A stretch of DNA of 64,000 nucleotides, taken from the NCBI GenBank assembly GCA_963820725.1, contig CAWGAZ010000005.1, positions 9,241 through 73,240 on the forward strand, in the 5' to 3' direction. Shown piece after piece: positions 34,468-45,000 of this stretch. Position 1 is the first letter of the stretch, and each line of letters opens with the position of its first letter. Made by a program: the position numbers and the translations under genes. The notes below the pieces were generated by a model. The model saw nothing but the letters and a program-made list of their open reading frames with translations, made no database searches and was not told where the DNA came from. This DNA comes from an uncultured Actinomycetes bacterium. GTDB lineage: Bacteria > Actinomycetota > Thermoleophilia > Gaiellales > Gaiellaceae.

Positions 34468-34873
34468 GAACGGGGACTCTATTCGTGTCACGCGCTCGGT
34501 CGTCCTGCCGCTGGCCGAGGTCGAGCTGCAAGTGTCCCGCTCGAGTGGTCCCGGCGGGCAGCACGCACAGAAGTCCGAGACGCGGGTCGTCGCGGTCTTC
34601 GACGTCGAAGCGTCGAGCGCGCTGACCGAGACACAAAAGCGGCGCGTCATCGCGAAGGCCGGACCGGTGCTGCGAGCGGTGGCGCAGGACGAGCGGAGCC
34701 AGACGCGCAACCGCGAGCTCGCTGTCGAACGACTCGTGGCGGCGTTGCGAGAGGCGCTCCGCGTCCAACGGAAGCGCGTGGCCACGAAGCCGACCAAGGC
34801 GTCCCGCGAGCGACGGCTCGAACAGAAGAAACGGCGCTCCCAGACGAAGCGACTGCGCCGCGAGCTCGACTAG
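34466..34873 (+). CDS. arfB: alternative ribosome-rescue factor / peptidyl-tRNA hydrolase ArfB
   Basis: ...VELQVSRSSGPGGQHAQKSETRV (GGQ motif) and a basic C-terminal tail KRVATKPTKASRERRLEQKKRRSQTKRLRRELD. Confidence 0.85.
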   Translation: MNGDSIRVTRSVVLPLAEVELQVSRSSGPGGQHAQKSETRVVAVFDVEASSALTETQKRRVIAKAGPVLRAVAQDERSQTRNRELAVERLVAALREALRVQRKRVATKPTKASRERRLEQKKRRSQTKRLRRELD

Positions 34874-35295
34874 CGCGCGGTCAGCAGCTCGGCGTTCGCA
34901 CGCGCGAGCTGGCGGCGCGTGGGGTGGGCGCGACCGAACCAGACCCACAGGTAGTGCTCGATCCCCTTGCTGCGAATGAACCACTGCGCGTACCCGACGC
35001 GCCTGGGGATTCCTTCGCCACCTCCTTTGCTCACGTCCTTCGGCCGGATCCGCGGCGGCCACTCGGCCGGTGACGCTTGTGGTGGACGCTCAGCGCGGAA
35101 GTTCCCGAGTTGGATCAGGACTCCGCCTGGCGGGAGATGGGCGAGCGTCCCGTGTGGAGGCACGCAGTCGGGGCAGTCCCGGTACGGGACGGTCGACGCC
35201 CAGCCCCACGAGGTCCCGGAGCCGACGTGCCAGCCGGGCGCCGTCCCGAAGTGCGGCGGCGAGACGATCAGAACGAGCGCGAGAAGCCCGAACAC
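34870..35295 (-). CDS. hypothetical protein with N-terminal hydrophobic segment
   Basis: MFGLLALVLIVSPPHFGTAPGWHVGSGTSWGWASTVPYRDCPDCVPPHG...WFIRSKGIEHYLWVWFGRAHP. Trp/His/Tyr-rich and not shadow-like. No family recognised. Confidence 0.45.
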   Translation of the reverse strand: MFGLLALVLIVSPPHFGTAPGWHVGSGTSWGWASTVPYRDCPDCVPPHGTLAHLPPGGVLIQLGNFRAERPPQASPAEWPPRIRPKDVSKGGGEGIPRRVGYAQWFIRSKGIEHYLWVWFGRAHPTRRQLARANAELLTAR

Positions 35296-35319
35296 GTCCC
35301 CTCTACGTCCGGCGGGCTC

Positions 35320-37467
35320 TCAGAGGTCCGCGACCGGGCGCTCGACCTCGACGTGCGGGAGCCAGTCGAGCCAGCGCGGCAGGTACCAGCTGCGCCGGTC
35401 GAGCAGGGCGAGCGTGCTCGGCAGCACGACCGAGCGGATGACCGTGGCGTCGAGCAGCAGCGCAATGGCGACGCCGAAGCCCATCTGCTGGAACATCACG
35501 AGCTTCCCGGCCGCGAAGCCGGCGAAGACGACGACGATGATCAGGGCCGCGCCGGTGATGATCCGCGCCGTCGAGGCGACTCCGCCCACGACCGCGTCGC
35601 GCGTCGAGCCCGTCGCGTCGTAGCGCTCCTTGATCCGGCTCATCAGGAACACCTGGTAGTCCATCGAGAGCCCGAAGAGCACCGAGAAGAGGAAGAGCGG
35701 AACCCACGCGTCGATCACCTGCGTGTGCTGGAACCCGAACAGGCTCGCGCCGTGGCCGTCGAGGAAGACGAGCGTGAGCAGCCCGTACGCCGCGCCGACG
35801 GAGAGCAGGTTGAGCAGCACCGAGACGAGCGCGACCATGATCGAGCGGAACGCGACCGTGAGCAGGATGAAGCTCAGCCCGAGCACGAAGAGGAGGACGT
35901 ACGGAGTCGGGTTCGTCACCGCGTCGAAGTAGTCGACGTTCTCTGCGGTGACTCCACCCACGTAGACCTCCGCCCCGCTCCCGGCGAAGATGGAGGGGAT
36001 CACGTGCGCGCGCAGGTCGCGCACAGTGCTGACGGCCGGGCCGCTGGCCGCGTCTCCACCCATGGGCGACGTGAGCAGCTCGACGTTCTCTCGGGAGGAC
36101 GTTTGGATCTTCCCCGGACTGAACCTGCCGCTCGCCGCGAGTTGCCTGTTCAGCTTCTCGAGGTCGCTGCGAACCTCGGACCGGTTGCCGCCGACGGCCA
36201 CGATCTCCACGGGCACCGGGCTCTGCACGGGGAAAGTGCGGTGGAGGAGGACCTGGCCCTGCTTCGACGGCAGGCTCAACGGCAGCGTCTCGACGCCGTT
36301 CGCGCCGATGTGCATGCCGAAGATCGGCGCCGCACAGGCGAGCATCCCGGCGACGGCGACGGCGAGCCACAGCGCCGGCCGCCGCAGCACGCCTTCGACG
36401 ATCCGCTTCCAGAAGCGGCCCTCCGCCGTGTCGGCACGGCCGAGATTCCGGCCGAGGTACGGCACCCGGCCCGAGTTGACGCGGTCACCGATGAGGCTCA
36501 GCAGCGCGGGCAGCAGCGTGAGCGCCGCCGCCACGGAGACGATGCCGACGAGGATCGCGCCGAGCGCGAGGCTCCGCATGATCGAGGTCGGCACGATGAA
36601 CATGCCGAGCAGCGCGATCACGAAGGTGCTGCCGCTGAAGAGCACGGCCCGGCTGGCGGTGGCGCCGGTGGCGGCGATCGCGTCCTCCTTGGCGAGTCCG
36701 TGCCCGCGCTCTTCTCGGTAACGGGATACGACGAACAGCGAGTAGTCGATCCCGAGGGCGAGGCCCATCCCCGTGAGCATGTTCACGATGAACACCGAGA
36801 GCGTGAACTCGAGGGAGATGAGCGCCACGAGACCGAGCGCGACGATGATCGAGAGGATCGCCATCAGCACGGGCACGAGCCCCGCGAGGAGTGCCCCGAA
36901 GACGAGCACGAGGACGATGAGCGCAGCGGGCAGGCCGAAGGCGAGCTCACCCGTCTCGAGGTCGCTCTGCGACTGCTTGCCGAAGTCGTGGTTCGCCGTG
37001 CGGTCGCCGGTGATGCCCACCTCGAAGCCGTCGCGGTTCGCGTTCTCCACCACCTGCTCGACCTGCCCTGCGCCCGAGTCGCTCTTGATGCCGACGAAGC
37101 CGAGCGCGGCATGGTGGTCGGGCGACTGGGCGATCTCGTGAAGCGCGAACACCTGCCCGGTCTGCCGGAGATCGTGCTCGAGCTGCTTGGCGAACGCCTG
37201 GAACTGCGGTGAGTCGACCGTGTAGCGGCGCGAGGCGACGACGACGACGTCTCCCTTCCCGTTCGGGTTCTGGTTCGGGAACGCGCGTGCGACGGCGTCC
37301 TCGGCCTTTGTCGACTCGGGGCTGCCGACGACGTGCGAGTTCGAGGTCAGCCCGTGCAGCGAGGTCGCCACGAGCGCGAGTGCGACCAGCACCGCAGCGC
37401 CCCAGAACGCAAGCGTCAGCCGCGGCCGCGCCGCGCAGCCCCGAGCCAGCCGCTCGGTCAAACCCAT
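35320..37467 (-). CDS. MMPL-family (RND superfamily) membrane transporter
   Basis: 715 aa with two 6-TM bundles, each preceded by a soluble loop. Typical ...YSLFVVSRYREE... and ...DYQVFLMSRIKERY... MMPL motifs. Confidence 0.9.
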   Translation of the reverse strand: MGLTERLARGCAARPRLTLAFWGAAVLVALALVATSLHGLTSNSHVVGSPESTKAEDAVARAFPNQNPNGKGDVVVVASRRYTVDSPQFQAFAKQLEHDLRQTGQVFALHEIAQSPDHHAALGFVGIKSDSGAGQVEQVVENANRDGFEVGITGDRTANHDFGKQSQSDLETGELAFGLPAALIVLVLVFGALLAGLVPVLMAILSIIVALGLVALISLEFTLSVFIVNMLTGMGLALGIDYSLFVVSRYREERGHGLAKEDAIAATGATASRAVLFSGSTFVIALLGMFIVPTSIMRSLALGAILVGIVSVAAALTLLPALLSLIGDRVNSGRVPYLGRNLGRADTAEGRFWKRIVEGVLRRPALWLAVAVAGMLACAAPIFGMHIGANGVETLPLSLPSKQGQVLLHRTFPVQSPVPVEIVAVGGNRSEVRSDLEKLNRQLAASGRFSPGKIQTSSRENVELLTSPMGGDAASGPAVSTVRDLRAHVIPSIFAGSGAEVYVGGVTAENVDYFDAVTNPTPYVLLFVLGLSFILLTVAFRSIMVALVSVLLNLLSVGAAYGLLTLVFLDGHGASLFGFQHTQVIDAWVPLFLFSVLFGLSMDYQVFLMSRIKERYDATGSTRDAVVGGVASTARIITGAALIIVVVFAGFAAGKLVMFQQMGFGVAIALLLDATVIRSVVLPSTLALLDRRSWYLPRWLDWLPHVEVERPVADL

Positions 37468-37477
37468 GGAGGAGTTC

Positions 37478-39305
37478 TTACTCCACCGTGACGGTCTTCG
37501 CCAGGTTCCTCGGCTGGTCGACGTTGAGGCCGCGCAGCCGCGCGATCCGGTAGGCGAGGAGCTGGAGCGGGATCACGGCGAGGGATGCCTGGAGGAAGTT
37601 CGGCGTCCGCGGCACGTAGATCACGTCGTCGGCGTGGTGCTGGATGTCCTCGTTGCCGTCGGTCGCGATCGCGATCACGTGCGCGCCGCGCGCGCGCGTC
37701 TCCTGGATGTTCGAGACGATCTTGTCGTAGACGTGGAGGTTGGTGGCCACGACGACGACCGGTGTCCCCTCCTCGAGCAGCGCGATCGGACCGTGCTTCA
37801 TCTCACCGGCCGAGTACGCGTCGGTCGGGATGTACGAGATCTCCTTCAGCTTCAGCGCGCCCTCGAGCGCGACGGGCAGGCCGATGTGGCGGCCGAGATA
37901 GAGGAAGAACGGGCTCTCGTAGAACCGCTGGGCGATCTTCTCGATCGGATGGTCGCCGCAGAGGAACTCCTCCATCTTGTCCGGCAGCTCGTGCAGCCGG
38001 TCGAGGATGAAGTCGATCTCGTCCTGCGGCAGTGTGCGCCTGATCTCCGCGAGCTTGAGTGCCAGGAGGCTGAGGAGCGCCACCTGGGCGGTGAACGTCT
38101 TCGAGGCGGCGACGCCGACTTCCATCCCGCAGCGCGTGAAGAGCGTCGCCTCCGCCTCCCGCGTGATCTGCGTCCCCATCAGGTTCGTGATCGCGAGGGT
38201 GCGCGCGCCGCTCTCGCGCGCGAGCTTGACGGCGTTGACGGTGTCGCGCGTCTCGCCCGGACTGGGAGATCCCGATCACGAGGGTGTCCTTCGACAAGAC
38301 CGGATTCCGGTAGATCCACTCGCTCGCGATGTCGGGCTCGACCGGGACGCGCGCCCACTCCTCGAGGATGTAGCGACCCACGACGCCCGCGTGGTAGGCC
38401 GTGCCGCAGGCGACGATCACGACTCGGCGCAGGTTCTGGATCTCGAGCTCGGTCATGCCGAGCGCTTCGAGCACGAGCTTGTGGCCGCGCACACGGTCGC
38501 CGATCGTCTCGGCCACGGCGTCGGGCTGCTCGAAGATCTCCTTGAGCATGAACGTCTCGTACCCGGCCTTCTCGGCGCCCTCCTCGTCCCAGTCGATCTC
38601 CTGCCGCTCGGGCACCTCGATCTCGGCGCCGCCGACGAAGAACCGAACTCCTTCCGGCGTGACCTCGACGATGTCGCCGTCGCGCGGGTGCAGCACGGTC
38701 CGGGTCTCGCTGAGGAAGGCGGCGATCGAGGAGGCGAGGAAGTTTTCGCCCTTGCCGAGCCCGACGACGAGCGGGGTCTGATGCCGGACGCCGACGAGCA
38801 CGTCGGGCTGGTCGTGGTGGATGGCGACGATCGAGAAGTGGCCCTCGAGCTGCGGGTACATGCGGACGAACGCCTGCACGAGATCGCCCTCGTACGCTTC
38901 CTCGAGGAGGTGAACCACGACCTCGGCGTCCGTCTCGGACGTGAGCGTGTGGCCGCGCTCGGCGAGTTGCTCGCGCAGGTCGACATAGTTCTCGATGATC
39001 CCGTTGAGGACGATCGCCAGCCGGTCGGGCTCGCAGCCGGTGAGCGGGTGCGCGTTCTGCTCGGTCACGGCGCCGTGCGTCGCCCAGCGCGTGTGGCCGA
39101 GCCCGTGATGCGAGTGGGAGGCGTTGGTATCGGCTGCCTCGACGAGGTTCCCGAGGGTGCCGACGGCCCGCACGTAGTCGAGCGCGTCCTCCTCGCGCAG
39201 CGCGATCCCGGCCGAGTCGTAGCCCCGGTACTCGAGCCGGCGCAATCCCTCCAGGAGCAGCGGCTTCGCGTCGCGCGATCCGACGTATCCGATGATTCCG
39301 CACAC
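37478..39305 (-). pseudogene. glmS: glutamine--fructose-6-phosphate aminotransferase interrupted by a 1-nt insertion in a G-run (plus-strand CCC 38256-38258); pseudogene or sequencing error
   Basis: N-terminal part V-CGIIGYVG...HTRWATHG...VIGISQSG is in the frame of ORF 37803..39353. ETRDTVNAVKLARESGARTLAITNLMGTQITREA...AKTVTVE is in the frame of ORF 37478..38179. GTG 39305 is preceded by AAGGAG. Confidence 0.85.
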
Positions 39306-39396
39306 GACCCGCTCCTTTCCCCGCTGGGCGCGTAAAACCCTCCCCGAGAACACGAAGAGCCCGGCCTCATGGCCCGACCGCGTCGTTGCGGGCGGG

Positions 39397-40662
39397 TCAG
39401 CCGAGCTCGCGTGCCACCAGGTCGGCGATGCTAGCAGAGAGTTCTTCCGCGGCCTCCTGCGTCTCGGCCTCGGCCAGCACGCGGACGACCGGCTCGGTGC
39501 CGGACGGCCGGACGAGAACGCGGCCCGCGCCGTCGAGCCCTGCGTTGACTTCTTCGACCGCCTCCAGAAGCTCGTCTGGGAGCGGTCCGCGACCGACGCG
39601 CGGCAGGTTCCGCATTACCTGTGGGAAGCGCGGCATCGCCGCGACCGCTTCGGAGAGGCGACCGCCGCCGAGCGCGCGGCAGAGGAGGAGTCCCGCGACC
39701 AGGCCGTCGCCGGTCACGTGGTCGTGGAGCCAGATGAGGTGTCCGGACTGCTCGCCGCCGAGTCGCATCCCCTCGCGCTGCAGCGCTGCCAGGACGTACC
39801 GGTCGCCGACGTCGGTGACGACGACGCGAATGCCTCGCTCCTCCATCAGGCGGTGGAAGCCGAGGTTCGTCATGGTCGTGACAGCGACGGCGTCGACCTC
39901 GAGGTCGAGCGCGAGCACGGCGAGGATCTGGTCGCCGTCCACCGGCTCACCCCGCTCGTCGACGGCGAGCATCCGGTCGCCGTCGCCGTCGAAGGCGATG
40001 CCGAGGTCGAAGCCGCCGTCGCGGACGACGTCGGCCAGCGCATGGAGGTCGGTCGCCCCGCAACCCACGTTGATGTTGGTCCCGTCCGGGGCGTCCCCGA
40101 TAGCGGTCACCTCGGCGCCGAGCTCTCGGAACGCCCCCGGCGCGAGACCCGCGTAGGCGCCGTTCGCGCAGTCGACGGCGATGCGGAGGCCGGTCAGGTC
40201 GGTGCCGAAGCGCTCGAGCACGTGCTCGAGATAGCTGTCCGCCGCGACCTCCACCCGGTCGATCTCCCCTCCGCCGGAGGCCGGCGCGTCGAGGAGCGCC
40301 TCGATCGCCTCCTCGGCCTGGTCGGTCAGCTTGCGGCCGTCGCGATCGAAGAACTTGACGCCGTTGTACTCCGGCGGGTTGTGCGACGCGGAGATGACCG
40401 CGGCGAGATCGAGGCGGAGCAGCGCGACCGCGGGCGTCGGCAGCACACCGCCCAGGACGGCGGTTCCTCCCGCGGAGGCGACCCCCTCCGCGAACGCCTC
40501 CTCGAGCTCCGGGCCGCTACCGCGCGTGTCACGCCCGACGAAGACGCGGCCGCGCTCGCAGCGGAGCGCCGCCGCCTTGCCCAGCCTCTCGACGAGATCG
40601 GCCGTGAGCGTCTCGCCGACGACGCCGCGGACACCATCCGTTCCGAAGTACTGCCGCGCCAC
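39397..40662 (-). CDS. glmM: phosphoglucosamine mutase
   Basis: ARQYFGTDGVRG...AAVISASHNP (active-site Ser)...FDGDGDR...GGEQSGH... 421 aa. Confidence 0.95.
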   Translation of the reverse strand: MARQYFGTDGVRGVVGETLTADLVERLGKAAALRCERGRVFVGRDTRGSGPELEEAFAEGVASAGGTAVLGGVLPTPAVALLRLDLAAVISASHNPPEYNGVKFFDRDGRKLTDQAEEAIEALLDAPASGGGEIDRVEVAADSYLEHVLERFGTDLTGLRIAVDCANGAYAGLAPGAFRELGAEVTAIGDAPDGTNINVGCGATDLHALADVVRDGGFDLGIAFDGDGDRMLAVDERGEPVDGDQILAVLALDLEVDAVAVTTMTNLGFHRLMEERGIRVVVTDVGDRYVLAALQREGMRLGGEQSGHLIWLHDHVTGDGLVAGLLLCRALGGGRLSEAVAAMPRFPQVMRNLPRVGRGPLPDELLEAVEEVNAGLDGAGRVLVRPSGTEPVVRVLAEAETQEAAEELSASIADLVARELG

Positions 40663-40686
40663 CGCGGGAGGGTAACGGCGCAGGCG

Positions 40687-41082
40687 CTAGCGCTTGGAGA
40701 ACTGCGGCGCCTTGCGCGCCTTGTGCAGGCCGGCCTTCTTGCGCTCGACCTGGCGCGCGTCGCGCGTGAGGAAGCCTTCGCGCTTGAGCGGCACGCGGAG
40801 CTCCGGGTTCGCCTCGACGAGGGCGCGGGCGATGCCGTGCCGCACGGCTCCCGCCTGTCCGGTCAGCCCGCCGCCGTGAACGCGAACGCGAAGGTCGTAC
40901 TGGCCCTCGACTCCGGCGGTCTTGAACGGCGAGACGGCGATCGTCTGCCAGACGGAGCGCGGGAAGTACTCCTCCAGCGTGCGACCGTTGACCCACGTCG
41001 CGCCGTCGCCCGGCCGCAGGATCACGCGCGCGACCGAGGTCTTGCGCTTGCCGGTGCCGCGGTACTGCGCGATCTGGCTCAC
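40687..41082 (-). CDS. rpsI: 30S ribosomal protein S9
   Basis: [20 protein letters not shown]...[21 protein letters not shown]...[29 protein letters not shown] 41082 overlaps the rplM stop (GTGA). Confidence 0.95.
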   Translation of the reverse strand: MSQIAQYRGTGKRKTSVARVILRPGDGATWVNGRTLEEYFPRSVWQTIAVSPFKTAGVEGQYDLRVRVHGGGLTGQAGAVRHGIARALVEANPELRVPLKREGFLTRDARQVERKKAGLHKARKAPQFSKR

Positions 41083-41513
41083 TGGTCGGACTCCAGGGGC
41101 TTGGGGTTCTGGGCCTCGTGCGGATGCTCGGGCCCGGCGTAGATCTTGAGCTTCGTGATCTGCTGTCGAGCGAGGCGGTTCTTGGGGAGCATTCCCTTCA
41201 CGGCGACGCGGAGCACCTCGGTCGGCCGGCGCTCGAGCTGGTCGCGGAGCGTCCGGCTGCGCAGCCCGCCGGGATAGCCCGAGTGGCGGTAGTACCGCTT
41301 CTGGTCGAGCTTGTTGCCCGTGACGTGGATCTTCTCGGCGTTGACCACGATCACGAAGTCGCCGGTGTCGACGTGCGGCGTGAACTGCGGCTTCCGCTTG
41401 CCGCGGAGCGTGTCGGCGATCTGCGTCGCGAGCCGGCCGAGCGTCTTGCCCTCGGCGTCGACGAGATACCACTCGCGCGTGATCTCTCCCGGCTTGGCGC
41501 TGTAGGTCTTCAT
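41079..41513 (-). CDS. rplM: 50S ribosomal protein L13
   Basis: [65 protein letters not shown]...[12 protein letters not shown]... Confidence 0.95.
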   Translation of the reverse strand: MKTYSAKPGEITREWYLVDAEGKTLGRLATQIADTLRGKRKPQFTPHVDTGDFVIVVNAEKIHVTGNKLDQKRYYRHSGYPGGLRSRTLRDQLERRPTEVLRVAVKGMLPKNRLARQQITKLKIYAGPEHPHEAQNPKPLESDQ

Positions 41514-42058
41514 AGAAAGCGGCGGACACCGGCCCGCCGGCGGCCGATTGTAGCGAATGCCCGGCGCAATCCTTCCTCGAACGCCACGGCCCCGCCGTGC
41601 GACGGATGGCGGACGTAGGGCGCTTCGAGCGCCGCTGCGGCAAGTCGCCCGACGCCGATCGCGATGCGTCCACGCGTGAGCTCGTCGAGGAACGGCGAGG
41701 CAGCCGCGATCTCGGCTCGCGTCGGCCGGCGATTCGAGGTCTCGGTGCCGGGATGCGTCGGGACGACGTTCCAGAGCAGCACCTCGTCCTCGACGCCGAG
41801 CGTTGCGAGCACGCGATGGACGATCGTCGCCGTCGCCTCCGCAGGCCCGGAGCCCGTGAGCTGGCGCTCGGAGGTGAACGGAATCCCGCTGACTCGCGCG
41901 CCGCGATAGCCGGCGGCCTCGCCGACGAGGACGATCTCCGCCGCGCCGCGAGTCTCGAGATAGGAGTCGAGACGGTCACGGAGGAGCGCAGAGGCCGCGT
42001 ACTGGTTGAAGGTCTCGCCGATCCTCGCCCCCGCGAGCCGGCTGACGAGATCCTGCAT
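41510..42058 (-). CDS. uracil-DNA glycosylase superfamily protein
   Basis: ...[23 protein letters not shown] (motif A-like GEAxG...G.PF)...LWNVVPTHP...VRHPSHGG (motif B HPS). The stop overlaps the rplM start (ATGA). Confidence 0.7.
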   Translation of the reverse strand: MQDLVSRLAGARIGETFNQYAASALLRDRLDSYLETRGAAEIVLVGEAAGYRGARVSGIPFTSERQLTGSGPAEATATIVHRVLATLGVEDEVLLWNVVPTHPGTETSNRRPTRAEIAAASPFLDELTRGRIAIGVGRLAAAALEAPYVRHPSHGGAVAFEEGLRRAFATIGRRRAGVRRFL

Positions 42059-42064
42059 CCCTGC

Positions 42065-45000
42065 TCAGGCGGGGACTTCTGCCGGCGCGCCCGAAGCGAC
42101 AGCGTCCACCCGCTCGAGCCATGGCTGTGCCTGAAGCCGTTCGAAGGTCTCGCGCGCCTCGGCCAGCAGCGTCTTCGCGTCGTCCAGACGACCCCGTTCC
42201 GTGAGCCACCCTCCGTGCTCGAGCTCGACGACCGCGAGCAGGAACGGCAACTCGAGACTGCGCAGTTGAGCGGCGGCTGCGCTGAAGTGGCGATCGGCAC
42301 CTGGATCCTCGCCCGCCAGATGAGCGCGGAAGCGATGAGCGGTCGCCTCGAGGAGCGGCGGACGTAGCCCCGGCGGCAGCGCCTCGAAGACCTCGAGCAG
42401 CTCGTTCACCTTGGCGGTGTTGCCGAGCGCGAGCGCGGCCTCGAGGGCATGGATGAGGCCGAACTTCGCACTCTGCGCGGCGATGCCGAGCGCTTCGCGG
42501 GTCGCGAACGCCTGCTCGGCAGCTGTCAGAGCTTCGCGATTGTTGCCTTCCGCGAGCCGAACAGCGGCAACGGCAGCCTGATAGTTGCCCACCATCTGTC
42601 GGTCACTCGAGCGGGCGAGTTCCTCGAAGCGGGCCACGAGTTCCCGCGCCTCGCTGAGTTGGCCGCGGTGGAGATAGAGCTCGGCCACGCTGTTGAGCAG
42701 GCCGCCGACGTCGATGATCGTGCCGATCTGCTCGTCCGGGATTTCCGCGAAGCGCACGAGCGCCTCTTCCCAGCGCCCCAGCATCGTCAGGGCATACGGC
42801 ATCTCGCTCAGTGCGAACCACTCGTACGCGCGATCACCGATCCGACGGGCGAACGCGAGCACCTGTTCGAGATGGCCGAGCGAGTCGGCGTAACGGTCCC
42901 ATTGAAAACCGAGGTCGGAGAGGTTGGCGGAGGCGCCCGACGCCCTGCGGTACAGCTCATGCGCCAGCGCGGTGTCCATTGCGAGCCGGAACAGGCCGCG
43001 TGCCTCCGCGGGCCGGCGCGGCGAGATGAGCGTCGCCTTCGCGGTCCAACCCTGTGCAAGCAGTTCGGCGTGATGGAGGGCCTCGGCTAGATCGAGGCCG
43101 CGCTCTATCAGTTCTGTGGCGCGCTCTCGATTTCCGGCGAAGTTGTGCGCCTGGCCGAGGCGCAGGATCAGGAAGGCAAGATCCGCGTCCGGCTCGTCGT
43201 CACCCACCACTGCATAGGTGTTCTCCATCCGCTCGATCGCTCGTTCGGGTTGGCCGAGCTGTTGCTCCCCCAGCGCAACCCAAGCGGAAACACGAGCAGC
43301 GGCGTGGGTGTCGCCGGCAGACCCGTAGAGCGCGATTGCCTGCTCGAACAAGGCGAAGGCGTGCTCGGTCTCGCCCACGGCCATTGCCATCTCCCCGGCG
43401 CGGCTCAGACTTGCAGCCTGATCGAGCGGCTCGGGGGCAAGCTCGGCGGCGTTCTTGAAGTAGCGTTGCGCCTCCGCCGAGGCGCCGAGGGAAGCCGCGC
43501 GCTCCCCGGCGCGTAGGAGCGCTTGGTAGGCCCGTCGACGCAGCAGTTCGCTTTCGGCACCGTCGGAGTCGAGCCGGTAGGCGTCGAGCAGGTGTGCCGC
43601 GATCACCTCGGCTACTTCGTCCTCACCGAGGCTCGCCGCCAGGTGTTCGGCAGCTGCGAGGTGCTTCTCCCGCCGCTCTCGCTTCGGCAGCGTCTCGTAG
43701 GCGACATGCCGCAGCAGGTCCTGCAGGAACGTGTACTGCCCCTGCTCGGGCGAGCGCGGGTCGGATTGCAGCCCGAGCACCTCCCGGCGCACCAGGCTCG
43801 TGAGGAGCTCCTCCAGCCGTTCGCCGTCGAACCCGCTCAGAGCAGCCACCGCTTGCGGCGTGAAGGTCTTCCCAAGCACGGCGGCATCGCCGAGCAGCCG
43901 ACGTTCGTCAGGCGACAGGCCGTCGAGGCGCGCGGCGATCAGGGCATGCAGGGTCTCGGGCACCTCGAGCGTCTCGACCTCGCCGACGACGTTGTAGGCG
44001 GAGCCGTCCTCCACGAGCAGGCCGCGGTCGAGCAGCATCCGTACCGTCTCAACCGCGTAGAGCGGAACGCCTTCAGCCCGCTCGAGGATCTGTTTGCGAA
44101 GGGTCGACGGCAATCCCGGCACGAGCCCGACCAGAAGCTCCTGCATCGCCTGCTCCGACAGCGGTTCCAGGTAGAGCGAGGTGAAGTTGCGATGCCCCGC
44201 GCCCCAGGTAGGCCGCTTCTCGAGCAGCTCGGGGCGCGCGAGGGTGAGGACGAACAGCGGCTTGTCGCGCGACCACTCCAGAAGGTATTCGACGAAGTCG
44301 AGGAGGGAGGCGTCCGCCCACTGCATGTCCTCGAACGCAAGGATCGTCGGGTAGGTGTCGGCGAGTCGCTCGAAGAACAGTCGCCAGGCGGCGAACAGGT
44401 CTTGCCGGTCGTGCGTCGCGCCTTCGCCGAGGGCAAGCAGCTGAGCCAACCGCGGCTCGACGAACCGTCGCTCCTCCGAGTCGAGCAGGTGCTCCTCCAG
44501 CGCCGCGTTCAGCTTGCGCAGCGCCTCGTCGGGCTCCTCGTCCTCGACGATCCCGCACCGCCAGCGGACCATGTCCGCGAGCGCCCAGTACGTGACGCCC
44601 TCTCCGTAGGCGAGGCAGCGGCCACGGTGCCAGTAGATCGTCTGGACGATGCCGTCGAAGTACTTGTAGAACTCCCACGCGAGCCGCGACTTGCCGATGC
44701 CGGCGATCCCGGTGACGGAGACCAGCTGCGCCCGCTGCTCCTCGGCGCACACGTGGAACAGATCCTTGATCTGGCGCAGCTCGCGGTCGCGGCCGACGAA
44801 CGGCGCCTCCAGCCCCTCTGACTTCAGGGAGCCGGCACGGCCCGAGACCACTCGCAAGGCGCACCAAAGCGGCGTCTCACCTTCCTTGCCCTTGAGCTCG
44901 AAGCTGCCCGCGGGTTCGTAGACGATCGTGCCCTCGGTCGCCCGCCGCGCCGCCTCGCCGACGAATACCGATCCGGGCTCGGCCACCGACTGCACGCGCG

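Noticed and set aside
35077-37212. 711-aa plus-strand ORF
   Set aside because: It is antisense to the MMPL transporter gene, and its Arg/Glu/Asp/His-rich low-complexity translation is not protein-like.
39306-39396. Possible glmS ribozyme upstream of glmS
   Set aside because: The gap is only about 90 nt and is the glmM-glmS intercistronic region with an AAGGAG Shine-Dalgarno. I see none of the conserved ribozyme core, and the ribozyme is not expected in this operon context.
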